A DNA stretch of 64,000 nucleotides, from positions 50,775 through 114,774 of the forward strand of contig LFRU01000082.1 in NCBI GenBank assembly GCA_001512495.1, given 5' to 3'. Shown here one piece after another: positions 19,406-29,532 of the stretch. The notes beneath the pieces are model-generated. The model ran no database searches. It was not told the DNA's origin and worked only from the letters and a program-made list of their open reading frames with translations. Source of the DNA: Syntrophothermus sp. DTU052 (GTDB taxonomy: Bacteria; Bacillota; Syntrophomonadia; Syntrophomonadales; DTU052). Within the stretch, counting starts at the first letter, position 1, and the number at the start of each line of letters is the position of its first letter. The translations under genes and the position numbers were made by a program.

Positions 19406-20224
19406 ATGCGACCTTTCTTGAAATGGCCGGGAAGTAAATATCGCATAGTTGATGCAATCAAAGCGCGCCTCCCAGAAGGAAACCGGTTGGTTGAGCCTTT
19501 CGTCGGCTCCGGAGCCGTGTTTCTTAATACTGATTATAACCGGTATTTATTGAATGATAACAATCCAGACCTGATCAATCTTTACCGGATCCTAAAAAAA
19601 GAGGGCGAACCTTTCATCCAATTCTGCAGGACCTTCTTTACACCAGAAAACAATTCCGCGACCAAATATTACGAGTTTCGCCATCTATTTAACACGACAG
19701 ACGATCGGCGGCTTAAATCAGCGTTATTGGTTTACCTGAACCGCCACGGCTTCAACGGTCTGATTCGTTACAATTTGCAGCACGAGTTTAACGTACCCTT
19801 TGGAGAATACAAGAAGCCTTACTTTCCACTCGAAGAGATGCGATTCTTCTGGAAGAAATCCAAGAAAGCCACGTTTACATGCCGTGACTTTACCGTGACG
19901 ATGAGCAGGGCCAAAAAAGGCGATGTTTTCTACTGTGATCCGCCCTATGTTCCCCTTTCCGCAACCTCAAACTTTACAAGCTACAGTGCCGGCGGGTTTT
20001 CATTGGCCCAACAGGCAAAGCTGGCCGAGTTGGCCGAAAAGCTTTCTGGCAAGGGTATACCGGTTTTGATATCAAACCACGATACGGCGTTTACTGCTGT
20101 TACTTATCAGAATGCCGAGGTATCACACTTACAGGTGCGGCGTTTCATCAGCTGTGATGGAGATAACCGGAATGAAGTAGGTGAAGTTTTGGCACTCTTT
20201 AATTCCGGGGAGGAAGCGATATGA
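19406..20224 (+). CDS. dam: DNA adenine methyltransferase (Dam family, GATC-type)
   Basis: N-terminal FLKWPGSKY, SAM motif FVGSGAV, catalytic DPPY; no adjacent endonuclease ORF. Confidence 0.9.
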   Translation: MRPFLKWPGSKYRIVDAIKARLPEGNRLVEPFVGSGAVFLNTDYNRYLLNDNNPDLINLYRILKKEGEPFIQFCRTFFTPENNSATKYYEFRHLFNTTDDRRLKSALLVYLNRHGFNGLIRYNLQHEFNVPFGEYKKPYFPLEEMRFFWKKSKKATFTCRDFTVTMSRAKKGDVFYCDPPYVPLSATSNFTSYSAGGFSLAQQAKLAELAEKLSGKGIPVLISNHDTAFTAVTYQNAEVSHLQVRRFISCDGDNRNEVGEVLALFNSGEEAI

Positions 20225-20501
20225 GTCAGCGGTTTTGCCAATGATGCACGGGAACCCCAGAAGGGGACAGTAATCAGCACCCTGGCCAAAGGGGTTTGAA
20301 GCGGCTTTAGTTCCGACCAATCCGGTTTCTGCAGGTCTTTACAAGTGGTTATTCCTACAACAATGCCCTCCTATAGGCAACGGCTCCAGTCCTTGGGAGT
20401 TTTGTCGATGGTAAGTAGGGGTGATGAGGCGGCAACTGCACCTACCAATTTATTACAGGGTGATTCGGTAATCCCGGGGTTTCAGATTGCGAATCCTTTG
20501 G

Positions 20502-21233
20502 TTAGATTGAAGAAGCAAACAGCTCTTTATATTTTTCATACTTGTAACGACTCAGTAAAGCCGGCTTGTCATACCCCGGGAAGATGATTTCCCAGGATCT
20601 GTTGCCCATATTACGTACCTTTCTGATCCGATTGATGTTGACGATATAAGATTTGTGGGTTCGCAGGAATTCCCCGGGTAATGACTCAGTAAGGCTGCTC
20701 AGACTCCTGGCAAGTTCGTATACTCCATTGCGGGTATGTACCAGGGTAGTTTTGCCCTGCCTTTCGAAAAAGAAGATTTCTGAAGGAACCAGAAAGACTA
20801 TCTCTTGCCGTCCGCTTTGAACGACTATCCGTTTCGGTCGGCTTTGACTTTGCTGTTTGTATTCTCGGGCCAACCCGTTTAAGGTGTCAAAAACCTTATC
20901 CTTAGTTATGGGCTTCAGGATGTAATCATAGGGATGCACCGTAAATGAATTCAGGGCGTATTGGGTATAACCGGTGACAAAGACAAATCTGGTAGCCGGG
21001 CTTATTTCGGCAATAATGCCGGCCACCTCCAGCCCCGTATAATCGTCTTCGGGGGATAATTCTATATCAAGCAAAGCAACATTCGGCTTTTGTTCCCAAG
21101 CCAGTCGAACGGCGTCCTTGCCGTCACTGGTCTCGAAAACACTCTTAACCATTGGGTGTTCTGATACTATGGCCTGTAAGTACCTAAGGGTATAAACTTC
21201 ATCCTCAAGAATAAGTACCTCGAGCATTAACAT
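20502..21233 (-). CDS. LytTR-family response regulator
   Basis: receiver (ILEDE..., LLDIEL) plus LytTR domain (FLRTHKSYIVNINRI). Confidence 0.9.
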   Translation of the reverse strand: MLMLEVLILEDEVYTLRYLQAIVSEHPMVKSVFETSDGKDAVRLAWEQKPNVALLDIELSPEDDYTGLEVAGIIAEISPATRFVFVTGYTQYALNSFTVHPYDYILKPITKDKVFDTLNGLAREYKQQSQSRPKRIVVQSGRQEIVFLVPSEIFFFERQGKTTLVHTRNGVYELARSLSSLTESLPGEFLRTHKSYIVNINRIRKVRNMGNRSWEIIFPGYDKPALLSRYKYEKYKELFASSI

Positions 21234-21288
21234 ACCTACCTACCTACTTTAAGCGCTCTCTGATGCACGGCTCATGGACCGGCCCCGG

Positions 21289-22137
21289 TCATCCGGCGGG
21301 ATAGGTTTTTTCAGGATCCTGCAATACTTCGTTTTTGGGCAGGGAAATAACAAACATGGTTTTTGGTTTTCTGATTACGGTTATCCTGCCCCGGTATGAA
21401 TCAACCAGACTCTTAACGATATACAGACCATAACCTCTTGCTTCCGATGCCTTGGTGGTATAACCCGGCATAAAAAGCCTGGGTAATTGTTTATCGGTAA
21501 TTGTGTCACCGGTATTGGCGATATAGAGTGCGATCCGGTTGTCCTCCTCTTTGATCACAAGGGAGACTCTTCGGTTCGTTTCTTCATGGACTGCTGCTTC
21601 CAGGGCGTTGTCCAGAAGGTTTTCCAAAATGCTTAAGAGTTCCCAGAAAGAAAGAGCGATTTCGTTAATGCTGCAATTGATTGAAAATGTAAATTCTATA
21701 CCCTGGTTGGCCGCGATCTTGTGCCAGCAATTAAGGAGTGCCGTCAGAGACTGATTACCCGCATACATGGGCTTATGATTGTACCGGTATAACTCGGCGA
21801 TTTCTTCAATATAATCCCTGGCAACTTCCACTTCGTTCAGGTTGAGCATGGCCTGAAGGGTTTGAATGTGGCGAATCTGTTCATGCCTTTGTGTTAGATA
21901 ACGGTGGTGTTCCCCGCTTAGTTTGCTTTCTGTGTGCATCCACCTCCGCCGTCTGATATTTCGAATTGACACTATAGCCAATAGACTTGAAATCATTACC
22001 GCCAAATTTGCTGGAGGAAGCACCTTTCTTGGCAACGTCAGGTTGGTACTGGTATAGACCTCTATATTTAGCCATGTCAGAAACAGGCACTGTATCAATA
22101 TTGTCATTACAAGTATCGCCAGGCTACCTTTACGCAT
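21289..22137 (-). CDS. GHKL sensor histidine kinase (LytTR-partner type), two N-terminal TM helices
   Basis: H-box-like RHEQIRHIQTLQA, N-box ENLLDNALEA, G-box ARGYGLYIV; ATG 22137 chosen because upstream ORF extension is not protein-like. Confidence 0.8.
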   Translation of the reverse strand: MRKGSLAILVMTILIQCLFLTWLNIEVYTSTNLTLPRKVLPPANLAVMISSLLAIVSIRNIRRRRWMHTESKLSGEHHRYLTQRHEQIRHIQTLQAMLNLNEVEVARDYIEEIAELYRYNHKPMYAGNQSLTALLNCWHKIAANQGIEFTFSINCSINEIALSFWELLSILENLLDNALEAAVHEETNRRVSLVIKEEDNRIALYIANTGDTITDKQLPRLFMPGYTTKASEARGYGLYIVKSLVDSYRGRITVIRKPKTMFVISLPKNEVLQDPEKTYPAG

Positions 22138-22532
22138 ATTGAATGCCCCTTTATTCCCGGTTAAATCAGTAATGGGCAGCCAGAACAACATTAGCCGAGA
22201 TTTGCGGGGAGGTGCTACGAACAGCAACCTTTGGTATGTGTAAGGAGTGTAGCGGGTGGATGTGTTTCTGTCTGGATCCCCAACATCACCTGTTGTGCCG
22301 TAAACTGTTGGGACTCCTTTAAGGATCGTCAAACCCGGATGTTTTCTGGTTTGAGCATCCGCGGCGATATAATTGTCAGAAACTTCGTATTATTAAATAT
22401 AACATATCAGGAAGGTAATTGCTAGAAATACAGTTATTGTGGGATGAAAGCAGAAATAGCATAGAATGCTTTGCTAGGACCTAATTCCTACAAAACATTC
22501 ATTATGAAAAGGGACAATATTGACCAGATTAT

Positions 22533-22564
22533 GGTTATTGGTGACTGAAAACCGGCTATTGGTG
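22533..22564 (+). promoter_or_regulatory. two 11-bp direct repeats with 21-bp phasing (candidate LytTR operator)
   Basis: ggttattggtg (22533-22543) and ggctattggtg (22554-22564), 10/11 identical, in the divergent intergenic region. Confidence 0.4.
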
Positions 22565-22767
22565 CACATCGTATTTTAACAGTACAAAATACATGCTAGC
22601 ATCAATTTACAGCCGGTTGTGAGATTCAACATGAAAGGAGGTGGGACAAGAGGGGTTTGACCGACTTGTGCTCTCAATACCGCAAAATACCAGACAGTAA
22701 ATATCACCTTTTCATAAAAAGATTCTATAAGGGTTTTCTAAATCTATCTTTATGGGAGGTGCGTTAC

Positions 22768-23670
22768 ATGTCAAATCGGTTATTCAGAGCGAGAAGAACA
22801 GTTTTTTCTGTTTTAATTCTATTTGCTTTCATGATTTCCTTTGTTGCTGCTATTCCCGGAGTGAGTTATGCTTCGCCACCAATAGTACGCTATGACTACG
22901 CTCCCGGGAAATATTCGGATAACGGTCCGTACTCGTACAGCACCTACCAGTTGCCTGGTTGGCGGCATGGAGCTACAGTTTATTATCCGACGGATGCTGA
23001 TGCTCCTTTTTCGGGCATAGTATTCTGCCCGCCTTATATGGGAACTCAAATCATGTATAGGGATTGGGGCCCGTTTTTTGCCTCCCATGGTATTGTATTA
23101 GTTACCATGGATACCAGCAGCACTCTGATAACTGTGGATCAGAGAGCCCGGGAGCAAAGAACAGTTCTCGACTTATTAAAAGCCGAAAACACCCGCGCCA
23201 ACAGTCCGCTTTATCAGCAACTGGACACGGACAGAGTCGGTGCTATGGGCTGGTCCATGGGCGGTGGTGCCACCTGGATTAACTCTGCGGAGTATCCGGG
23301 TCTGAAAACCGCCATGTCACTGGCCGGACACAATCTGACCGCGATAAATATCAATTCCAAGGGTTTCGGCACCCAATGTCCCACAATCATTTTCTGTGGA
23401 GCTTTGGATACGACCTACCTTGGTGGTATGTTACAGTCAGAGACAGTTTACTATAATATACCTAGCGGTGTTCCCAAGGTTTATTACGAAGTTGGAACTG
23501 CCGGTCACTTTGTCTGGGGCGGCCCAACCGATGCGAACGACCATGTGGCAGAGCTGGCCCTGGCGTTCCAGAAGACCTTCCTGGATGGTGACAGTCGCTG
23601 GGAACAGTATATCGAAGAACCTCTCTTTGATTTCCTTTCAACCTTCAGAAGCAGAAACATAAACAACTGA
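22768..23670 (+). CDS. secreted alpha/beta hydrolase, PETase / cutinase-like polyesterase family
   Basis: signal peptide ending VSYA; GWSMGGG nucleophile elbow; segments WGPFFASHGIVLVTMDT and PTIIFCGALD, AGHF resemble cutinase/PETase blocks as I recall them; GGGAGGT SD. Confidence 0.75.
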   Translation: MSNRLFRARRTVFSVLILFAFMISFVAAIPGVSYASPPIVRYDYAPGKYSDNGPYSYSTYQLPGWRHGATVYYPTDADAPFSGIVFCPPYMGTQIMYRDWGPFFASHGIVLVTMDTSSTLITVDQRAREQRTVLDLLKAENTRANSPLYQQLDTDRVGAMGWSMGGGATWINSAEYPGLKTAMSLAGHNLTAININSKGFGTQCPTIIFCGALDTTYLGGMLQSETVYYNIPSGVPKVYYEVGTAGHFVWGGPTDANDHVAELALAFQKTFLDGDSRWEQYIEEPLFDFLSTFRSRNINN

Positions 23671-23731
23671 CCCGGTGATTAATAGGACTGTTTGCATAGT
23701 CTTGTGTAATCCCGGGGCGGCGTCAGTCAGC

Positions 23732-23763
23732 AAGTCGCTGGGCGGGTTACCGCCCAGCGACTT
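23732..23763 (+). terminator. terminator-like hairpin
   Basis: perfect 14-bp stem aagtcgctgggcgg / ccgcccagcgactt, loop gtta; weak T tract. Confidence 0.6.
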
Positions 23764-23865
23764 TCGATTGGGGGCTCCGTAACCTGTTTAGACATTTCTT
23801 GTGCCCTCGAAGGAAAGGTATTATCTGCTGTCGAATTAATCAGCAATGTTATTATTGCCAAAGGA

Positions 23866-26787
23866 ATGATTACCAGGGTGTTAAAGAAAGAAACGGTGTG
23901 GTTGACTATTTCCTGGATAGCAGCCCTGGCAATAGCGGGGTACTGCCATTATTACCTGGGAATTGATGCTGTATACACACATTTCTTTTATTTTGTTCTG
24001 GCGTTAACGGCTGTTTATAGGAGCCGTTATCTCATACCTACTGCTGCTTTCCTGAGTATTCTACATATTTCACTGGGGTATTTGACTACCGGGGCAGTTG
24101 GCGGCGCGCCACTGGCGAGAGCTTTAATGATGTTGGTTGTAGGTTTTATCATCGATGTAATGATGAATTATTTTTATTCACAAGAGAGGGTAATAAAAGA
24201 GAAGCAGGACAAACTGCAGCTGCTGGTAGAAAACATTTCCGATGTACCCTGGATATTAAACTTGACAACCGGAAAGTGGGAGTATATGAGTCCGGCAATT
24301 GAACAGTTAACGGGTTATACCCTGGAAGAGATCCTGAACCAGCCGGTGAAGCAAATTCTCGTCCCGGAAGCGTACCCCGTACTGATGGAGAAGCTCACGG
24401 AACGCATCGAAAGTTATATCCAGGATGGCACCCGTTCTCCCACGTACAGGGATTGGATCGAACACACCCGCAAGGATGGATCAAAGGTTGCGGTAGAGTT
24501 TATGTCCAAGTATGTGAAAAATGATAAAGGGGATCTGCTTTTAGTTGGTATATCCCGGGATATATCTGAGCGTCATGAAATGGCCATGAAACTGGCGACA
24601 AATAATGAGATCATGGAGTCGTTACTGAAAAATACCCCCAACCTGATGGCGATTATTGACAATAAAGGAAAATGCTTAATGGTTTCCGAAACCATGGCTG
24701 ATTTTCTTGGAGCATCACCGGAAGAAGTCAAGGAAAAATACCTTAAGGCGGTTATGCCTTCCCTGCTGGCATCAAAATATGAGGAACTGATTGCCGAGAT
24801 TTCAGATAAAAAAGAACCGGTGGTTAAGGTGGAAACCATTCCGTCACCGGATGGGGAAAGGATCTTTGAGATATGGGGATTCCCATTAATTAAATTTGAA
24901 GGCCAGGTGGAATTGATCTGCTCAATAGGAATGGAGATAACGGATCGCTGGAAGGACCAGGAGAAGATCCGGCAGCAAAACCTGGAGATCATTGCCCTGA
25001 CCAACAATGTTTCCGATATCATCGCCAGGTTTGACAAGAACTTCCGTTATGTGTATACCAACCAGAAAAAGAAAACTGCCCGTTTTCTGGGTAAAACCAA
25101 CCGGGAATTGGGCATGCCGGAGCCAAATGTGACCGCATGGGAAGGAGCAATCCGTACCGCCTTTACAACTGGAGTTGAACAGACGTTGGAAACCAGCAAC
25201 CGTGGGCCCCGCGGCATGAGGTATTACCACTCGCTTATTACGCCGGAACGGGACGAGAAGGGCGAGGTGGTGTCGGTGGTAACCGCTACCCGCGATATTA
25301 CGGATTTGAAGGAACTGCAGTTGGCTTTGGATTTGGAGAAGCAGAATCTGTACACAACGCTGGAGAGCATCGGCGACGGAGTGATTTCCACGGATCGCAA
25401 TGGGCATATCACTCTTATAAATAAGGTGGCGGAGAGGCTGACCGGTTGGACCCGAAGTGAAGCGTGTGGACGACCGTTTGAGGAAGTCTTTCATATTGTT
25501 GATGAGCATACGGGGGAACGCTGTGAAAACCCGATTGAGCAGGTGTTGATCCATCGGAAAACGGTTGAACTCGGTAATAACACTATTCTGATATCCAAAC
25601 AGGGTGTACACATACCTATCGAAGATACCGCTGCGCCCATAATTGATGCAGAGGGGAACATCACCGGCGTGGTTGTAGTATTCCGGGATTTCACCGACAA
25701 GAGGGAAAAGCAGAAGAGGATAATCTATCTCAGCTACCACGACCAACTGACCGGCTTGTACAATCGCAGGTTTTTCGAGGAGGAGAAGAAAAGACTGGAT
25801 ACCCCAAGAAATATTCCCATAACCCTGGTTATGGCCGATGTCAACGGACTCAAGATGACCAACGATGCCTTTGGGCATAGTGTGGGCGATGAGCTGCTGC
25901 GGAAAGCCGCCGAGGTGATAAGAAAAGAGTGTCGCGCTGATGATATTATCGCCCGCATCGGGGGAGACGAATTCTGCATCCTCTTACCCAAGACCAGTCG
26001 GGAGGAAGCTGAAGGGATTATCAAGCGAATAAAAAAAGCGGCGGCCAGGGAGAAAGTTGGAAATGCAATTCTGTCTATCTCTTTCGGCTGTGAGACCAAG
26101 CAGCAAGCAGATGAAAATATAGAGGCCATCTTTAAGAAGGCCGAGGATAATATGTACAGAGCCAAGTTATCGGAAAGCTCTACAATGAGATATCAGACAG
26201 TATTAATGATTATCGAGGCCTTATATGCGAAACACCCGAGAGAGAAGCAGCACTCTTATAACGTCAGTCGGCTGTCTGAAAAGATTGGCGGCGCATTGGA
26301 CTTGAGCCCGGATACTCTGCAAGAGCTCAGAACCGGGGGGCTGATGCATGATATTGGGAAAATTACTATTGACGAGTCAATACTGGCCAAACCAGAGCCC
26401 TTAACTGATGCCGAAAGGTTGGAAGTGCTGCGCCATGCGGAAACCGGGTATCGTATCCTCTGTTCCGTAAGCGGGTTTGCAAATATAGCGGAACATGTCC
26501 TGGCCCACCATGAAAGATGGGACGGTCAGGGGTATCCCAAAGGGCTTAAAGGTGAAGAGATACCGTTGGAGGCGAGAATCATTGCTGTGGCTGAAGCTTA
26601 TGATGCCATGACAACCGAAACGCCTTACCGCCGGGCGCTCAGCAAAGAAGAGGCCATCAGAGAAATATGGCAAAATGCCGGCATCCAGTTTGACCCGGAG
26701 ATCGCCAGGGTGTTCATTACCAAGGTTCTGGAAATTGAAGACGAGGTTGCTGACTCCAACCCTTCTGAGACTGACTCTGAGTTCTAG
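23866..26787 (+). CDS. membrane-anchored multi-PAS GGDEF / HD-GYP c-di-GMP signalling protein
   Basis: N-terminal TM helices, several PAS-like blocks, RIGGDEFCILL (GGDEF), HDIGKI and HHERWDGQGYPKGL (HD-GYP). Confidence 0.9.
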   Translation: MITRVLKKETVWLTISWIAALAIAGYCHYYLGIDAVYTHFFYFVLALTAVYRSRYLIPTAAFLSILHISLGYLTTGAVGGAPLARALMMLVVGFIIDVMMNYFYSQERVIKEKQDKLQLLVENISDVPWILNLTTGKWEYMSPAIEQLTGYTLEEILNQPVKQILVPEAYPVLMEKLTERIESYIQDGTRSPTYRDWIEHTRKDGSKVAVEFMSKYVKNDKGDLLLVGISRDISERHEMAMKLATNNEIMESLLKNTPNLMAIIDNKGKCLMVSETMADFLGASPEEVKEKYLKAVMPSLLASKYEELIAEISDKKEPVVKVETIPSPDGERIFEIWGFPLIKFEGQVELICSIGMEITDRWKDQEKIRQQNLEIIALTNNVSDIIARFDKNFRYVYTNQKKKTARFLGKTNRELGMPEPNVTAWEGAIRTAFTTGVEQTLETSNRGPRGMRYYHSLITPERDEKGEVVSVVTATRDITDLKELQLALDLEKQNLYTTLESIGDGVISTDRNGHITLINKVAERLTGWTRSEACGRPFEEVFHIVDEHTGERCENPIEQVLIHRKTVELGNNTILISKQGVHIPIEDTAAPIIDAEGNITGVVVVFRDFTDKREKQKRIIYLSYHDQLTGLYNRRFFEEEKKRLDTPRNIPITLVMADVNGLKMTNDAFGHSVGDELLRKAAEVIRKECRADDIIARIGGDEFCILLPKTSREEAEGIIKRIKKAAAREKVGNAILSISFGCETKQQADENIEAIFKKAEDNMYRAKLSESSTMRYQTVLMIIEALYAKHPREKQHSYNVSRLSEKIGGALDLSPDTLQELRTGGLMHDIGKITIDESILAKPEPLTDAERLEVLRHAETGYRILCSVSGFANIAEHVLAHHERWDGQGYPKGLKGEEIPLEARIIAVAEAYDAMTTETPYRRALSKEEAIREIWQNAGIQFDPEIARVFITKVLEIEDEVADSNPSETDSEF

Positions 26788-27087
26788 TACCGCCAAGCTC
26801 CAGTGCTAAACTGACGGCCCTCTCCAGTTGACATAATAACCCTCCCGCATCCTTTCCTGTATCAACAGATTTTCCGGTAATGCTGTAGGCTATCGTGTTG
26901 TTTCTTGAGCAGATATCGGCTTCCTTCGGGGGCGATTCGTAAGACCCAGGATGGACAACGATTTCCCGCCTTTTTCCTAAAAAATAGCGGTGATCACGGT
27001 TGAGGTCCCAAGGGGTGTACTACATAAAAACGCATAATGACGTGAATGATACATAGAGCAAGAGTACTAAGACAAGAGGTTGTTCAG

Positions 27088-27786
27088 ATGCTCCTGGTTA
27101 TCCTGCGAACGGTGATACTGTTCACAGTAGTAGTTGTTTTTCTCCGTCTGATGGGGAAACGACAGATCGGTCAGCTGCAGCCTTATGAGTTGGCCATAGT
27201 AATCCTCATTTCCGAATTGGCGGTTATCCCCATGGAGAATACATCCATTCCGATTATGGGAGGGCTAATCCCTATTTTTGTCCTGTTTACAGCCCAGGTG
27301 CTGTTGGCCTACATATCGCTGAAGAGCGAGAAGGCTCGCGGAATGATCTGTGGAACCCCCAGCGTTTTAATTGAAAACTCCAAGATTGTAGAAGCGGAGA
27401 TGAGGAGACAGCGTTACAACATAAATGACCTGCTGGAGCAGTTGCGATGCAAAAATGTGGTGAACCTCTCGGATGTCGAGTATGCCATATTGGAAACCAG
27501 CGGGCAGTTGAGTGTGATTCTTAAGTCTCAGAAAAGGCCGCTGACGCCGGAGGATCTTGATATACCCACCGGCTATGAGGGACTTCCTACCACTCTGATC
27601 ATCGATGGCTTTGTATTTCGGGATAACCTGAAGAGAATTAATCTCAGTGAGGAATGGCTAATTACAGAACTGGGTAAATTGGGGGTTGAAAGCCCAGGTG
27701 ATGTACTCTTTGCCTACATCGATACCCGGGGAAACCTGTTCTGCCAGACGAAGGAGAGAACTGAAGGAGCAGATAAATCCAGATGA
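27088..27786 (+). CDS. DUF421 (YetF-like) membrane protein
   Basis: N-terminal TM helices, MGKRQIGQLQPYE motif; ATG 27088 with AAGAGG SD. Confidence 0.8.
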   Translation: MLLVILRTVILFTVVVVFLRLMGKRQIGQLQPYELAIVILISELAVIPMENTSIPIMGGLIPIFVLFTAQVLLAYISLKSEKARGMICGTPSVLIENSKIVEAEMRRQRYNINDLLEQLRCKNVVNLSDVEYAILETSGQLSVILKSQKRPLTPEDLDIPTGYEGLPTTLIIDGFVFRDNLKRINLSEEWLITELGKLGVESPGDVLFAYIDTRGNLFCQTKERTEGADKSR

Positions 27787-28163
27787 GACAGGTGGCCGTA
27801 TCTGTAGTTATACTGGGGCTGATTAGCGGTTTGGGCTACTGGACCAATGTTTTGCTGCAGGAATCAGCCCAAAATTTGGTGTTCCATATTGACATGGTTG
27901 TGGTTGAGATTAAAGCTGATCGCTGGGCAGAGGCTGAAAACCACATCAGGGAACTGGAGGAGGCTTGGAACCGGCATGTAGGCTGGTGGCCGATTATACT
28001 GGATCACCAGGAGATTGACAATATCGAGTTTTCCCTGGCCCGATGTCGGGAATACGTAGCCAGTCATGATAAACCCCTCTCGCTGGGGCAGCTGTCAGAA
28101 CTGAAAATGATGGTTGAACATATCCCGGCCAAGGAAGCCGTTACCTGGAAAAACATCCTGTGA
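27783..28163 (+). CDS. DUF4363-like protein
   Basis: N-terminal TM, WW...HQEIDNIE pattern, overlaps upstream DUF421 gene by 4 nt (pairing typical in Clostridia). Confidence 0.65.
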   Translation: MRQVAVSVVILGLISGLGYWTNVLLQESAQNLVFHIDMVVVEIKADRWAEAENHIRELEEAWNRHVGWWPIILDHQEIDNIEFSLARCREYVASHDKPLSLGQLSELKMMVEHIPAKEAVTWKNIL

Positions 28164-28404
28164 ACAGAAGTGGGATCAGCAGATTTGAATGACCGGCTTA
28201 TACACAAACAGGTTCTCAGGAGAACGTGTCTGCTGCTCGAAACCGGCACGATAATAGCCAGCATTATTTTGCCTACAGTAAAGGATTCTCCCCGCCTGCC
28301 GAGAAAAAATAATACTATGTAATCATACAACACCTCTATCGGCATGATTAGGTCCCCAGGATGCAATCCCATCCAAGAGGGTTTGACATGTACAGGAAAA
28401 GGAG

Positions 28405-29193
28405 ATGACTGAGTTGCGGAGCATCAGACAGCTGTTTGATTTGTCCGGACAGGTTGCTATTGTTACCGGAGGCGCCGCCGGTATTGGCGTGCAGATGGCC
28501 TATGCCCTGGGGGAGGCGGGTGCTGATTTGGTTCTGGCGGCGCGGAAGATTGACCGGTGCACCGAGGCAGCCCGAACGATGGAGAAGGAATTGGGGATAA
28601 GGGTGTTCCCGGCCCGGTGCGATGTGAGCAAAGCGGAAGAGATAGATGCCCTGTACCAAAACGTAATGCAGGAATTTGGCCGGGTTGATATCCTGGTCAA
28701 CAATTCCGGAGCCAACTGGGGAGCGCCTTCATTGGATTATCCGCTTGACGGTTGGAACAAGGTGATAAATACGAACGTAACCGGCTCCTGGCTCATGTGT
28801 CAGAAAGCCGGGCAGATAATGTCGCGGCAGATGTACGGTCGCATAATAAATGTGGCCTCACTGGCCTCATTCGTTGGTGCCGATCCGGAGGTCATGGATG
28901 CGGTGGCTTACCAGACCAGCAAGGCTGCAGTGGCCGGTCTTACCAGGGATCTGGCCGTTAAGTGGGCTCGGTACAACATAACCGTCAATGCCATAGCCCC
29001 GGGGTGGTTTCCCAGCAAGATGAGCCAAGCCACCCTTGAGAAAAGCAAGGAAAAGATACTCTCATTCATCCCCATGAAGAGGTTTGGGGCAGAGGACGAG
29101 TTGAAAGCCGCTACCCTCTTTCTGGCATCCCCCGGGGCCAGTTACTGTACCGGAGTGGTCCTGAGTGTGGACGGCGGCTGGGTTGTAATGTAG
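28405..29193 (+). CDS. SDR-family oxidoreductase
   Basis: TGGAAGIG cofactor motif, NNSG, YQTSKAAV catalytic YxxxK. Confidence 0.9.
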   Translation: MTELRSIRQLFDLSGQVAIVTGGAAGIGVQMAYALGEAGADLVLAARKIDRCTEAARTMEKELGIRVFPARCDVSKAEEIDALYQNVMQEFGRVDILVNNSGANWGAPSLDYPLDGWNKVINTNVTGSWLMCQKAGQIMSRQMYGRIINVASLASFVGADPEVMDAVAYQTSKAAVAGLTRDLAVKWARYNITVNAIAPGWFPSKMSQATLEKSKEKILSFIPMKRFGAEDELKAATLFLASPGASYCTGVVLSVDGGWVVM

Positions 29194-29199
29194 TCAAAT
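29156..29199 (+). repeat. copy A of 44-bp repeat (3' end of SDR gene)
   Basis: tggtcctgagtgtggacggcgg... shares 39/44 nt with 29533-29576. Confidence 0.85.
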
Positions 29200-29221
29200 A
29201 CAGAGAACAACGGTTTCATAG

Positions 29222-29473
29222 ATCGAGCGGCATTGGTACTGCCATACCGGAGATGCGGTGTTACAAGACCCGGAAAATGACAGATTCTATTTTGTGGATC
29301 GTATGGGTTCGGTTATCAGAAGACGTGGAGAGAACATCTCACCCATACAGATAGAGGAGGCAGCCAATAGTCTGCCCGGAGTTTCTATGTCCGCAGCCTT
29401 CCCGGTTCCAGCAGAGGTAGGTGGGGAAGATGAAGTGGCCTTGGTTACAAATGTTGATGGAAAACGTGACTGA
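29222..29473 (+). pseudogene. C-terminal fragment of an AMP-dependent synthetase/ligase
   Basis: frame opens right after a TAG; HTGD...DRFYFVDRMGSVIRRRGENISPIQIEE matches A8-A10 region of adenylate-forming enzymes; the N-terminal bulk of the enzyme (several hundred aa in typical family members) is absent. Confidence 0.7.
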
Positions 29474-29532
29474 TGTCACCCGAATTTTTGAACCTGAAAC
29501 TCGCCGGTGGGTAGCCAGTTACCGTAACGGAA

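Noticed and set aside
21289-22660. Agr-type quorum-sensing locus
   Set aside because: The kinase has only two TM helices, where AgrC has six or more. No AgrB-like or AgrD-like ORF is present upstream. The only tiny ORFs (9-13 aa) lack support.
24922-25878. 318-aa minus-strand ORF
   Set aside because: It lies entirely antisense within the PAS-GGDEF-HD-GYP gene, whose motifs are unambiguous on the plus strand.
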